Positions 63,407-64,000 of a DNA stretch of 64,000 nt are shown piece by piece. Within the stretch, counting starts at the first letter, position 1; the number at the start of each line of letters is the position of its first letter. This DNA is from Octopus vulgaris. Its lineage: Eukaryota. The notes beneath the pieces are model-generated. The model had not been told where the DNA came from, ran no database searches, and saw only the letters and a program-made list of their open reading frames with translations. The DNA lies in assembly GCA_951406725.2 (NCBI GenBank), contig OX597814.1, positions 217,124,001 to 217,188,000 on the forward strand, written 5' to 3'. Made by a program: the position numbers and the translations under genes.

Positions 63407-64000
63407 TAAATATTTTAATCTTCGGATTCTTTTAATATGCTAGACCACTGGTTTTAATTGATAAATATCAATTTCTACCCTTAATTATATATATATATAT
63501 ATATATGACGGCTTTCACAGTTTTCGTCTACTGAATTCACTCACAAGACATAATTTGGCTCGGGGTATAGCAGGTGGCGCAAAGTGGGACTGAATCCGAA
63601 ATCACGTGCTGCCAAGTTAGCTTCTATGCGATTCACAACTCTGGCGCATTTCATTAAAGCTGTTTTGCTTTGTGCATGTTGTCGTTCTGTTGTGACTAAA
63701 TACAGTAAAAAGCCGTTTCACAACGGTTTTATAATTGAAAATGTAATAAAGCAGCTGAGCTTTCGTTTCTCTTTTTCTCACAATTTTTTTCTTAGATTTT
63801 TTTTTAACAACAGAAAATCTGTACCAGACGCAACTGACTAGAGTCATTATAAATAAATAAACACAAATTCTTAGATATAATCTCCCATTTTGTCTAATGT
63901 TCATTTTCTGATACGAATGGGATAAGAAAGAACAAATATTATCCTTGTATGTAAAACAGTTGCAAAACACTTGATGCCGAGGCAGACTGTTATCATCCTC

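Overview
Repeat-saturated, AT-rich eukaryotic DNA with one 100-N assembly gap (54698-54797). The SINE families and microsatellite load look like an octopus (coleoid cephalopod) genome; this is my recognition of the repeats, not a search result. I found no host protein-coding exon I can support, and nearly all ORFs in the track are translations of SINEs or microsatellites. The only recognisable protein sequence is transposon-derived: a Buster/Charlie-type hAT transposase C-terminus, a Tx1/L1-type LINE ORF2 zinc-finger end, CR1/Jockey-type LINE scraps and a Tigger/pogo DDE fossil. The window holds at least six SINE-like families (labelled A-F here), five non-autonomous Helitrons, hAT, piggyBac-like, Tigger/pogo and Merlin-like MITEs, a solo LTR and many Penelope-like remnants in (TA)n tracts. 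The most interesting signals are: (1) several hammerhead-ribozyme motifs, including two unrelated ones with a very long stem II closed by U-U; (2) two different Helitrons inserted at the same nucleotide of two independent copies of one hAT MITE; (3) a textbook recursive-splice (ratchet) site on the minus strand; (4) a SINE family carrying a variable-copy array of hairpin/pseudoknot units; (5) a CpG-content shift that fits a long minus-strand transcript starting near 59.8 kb. Boundaries without a TSD or terminal motif are approximate.
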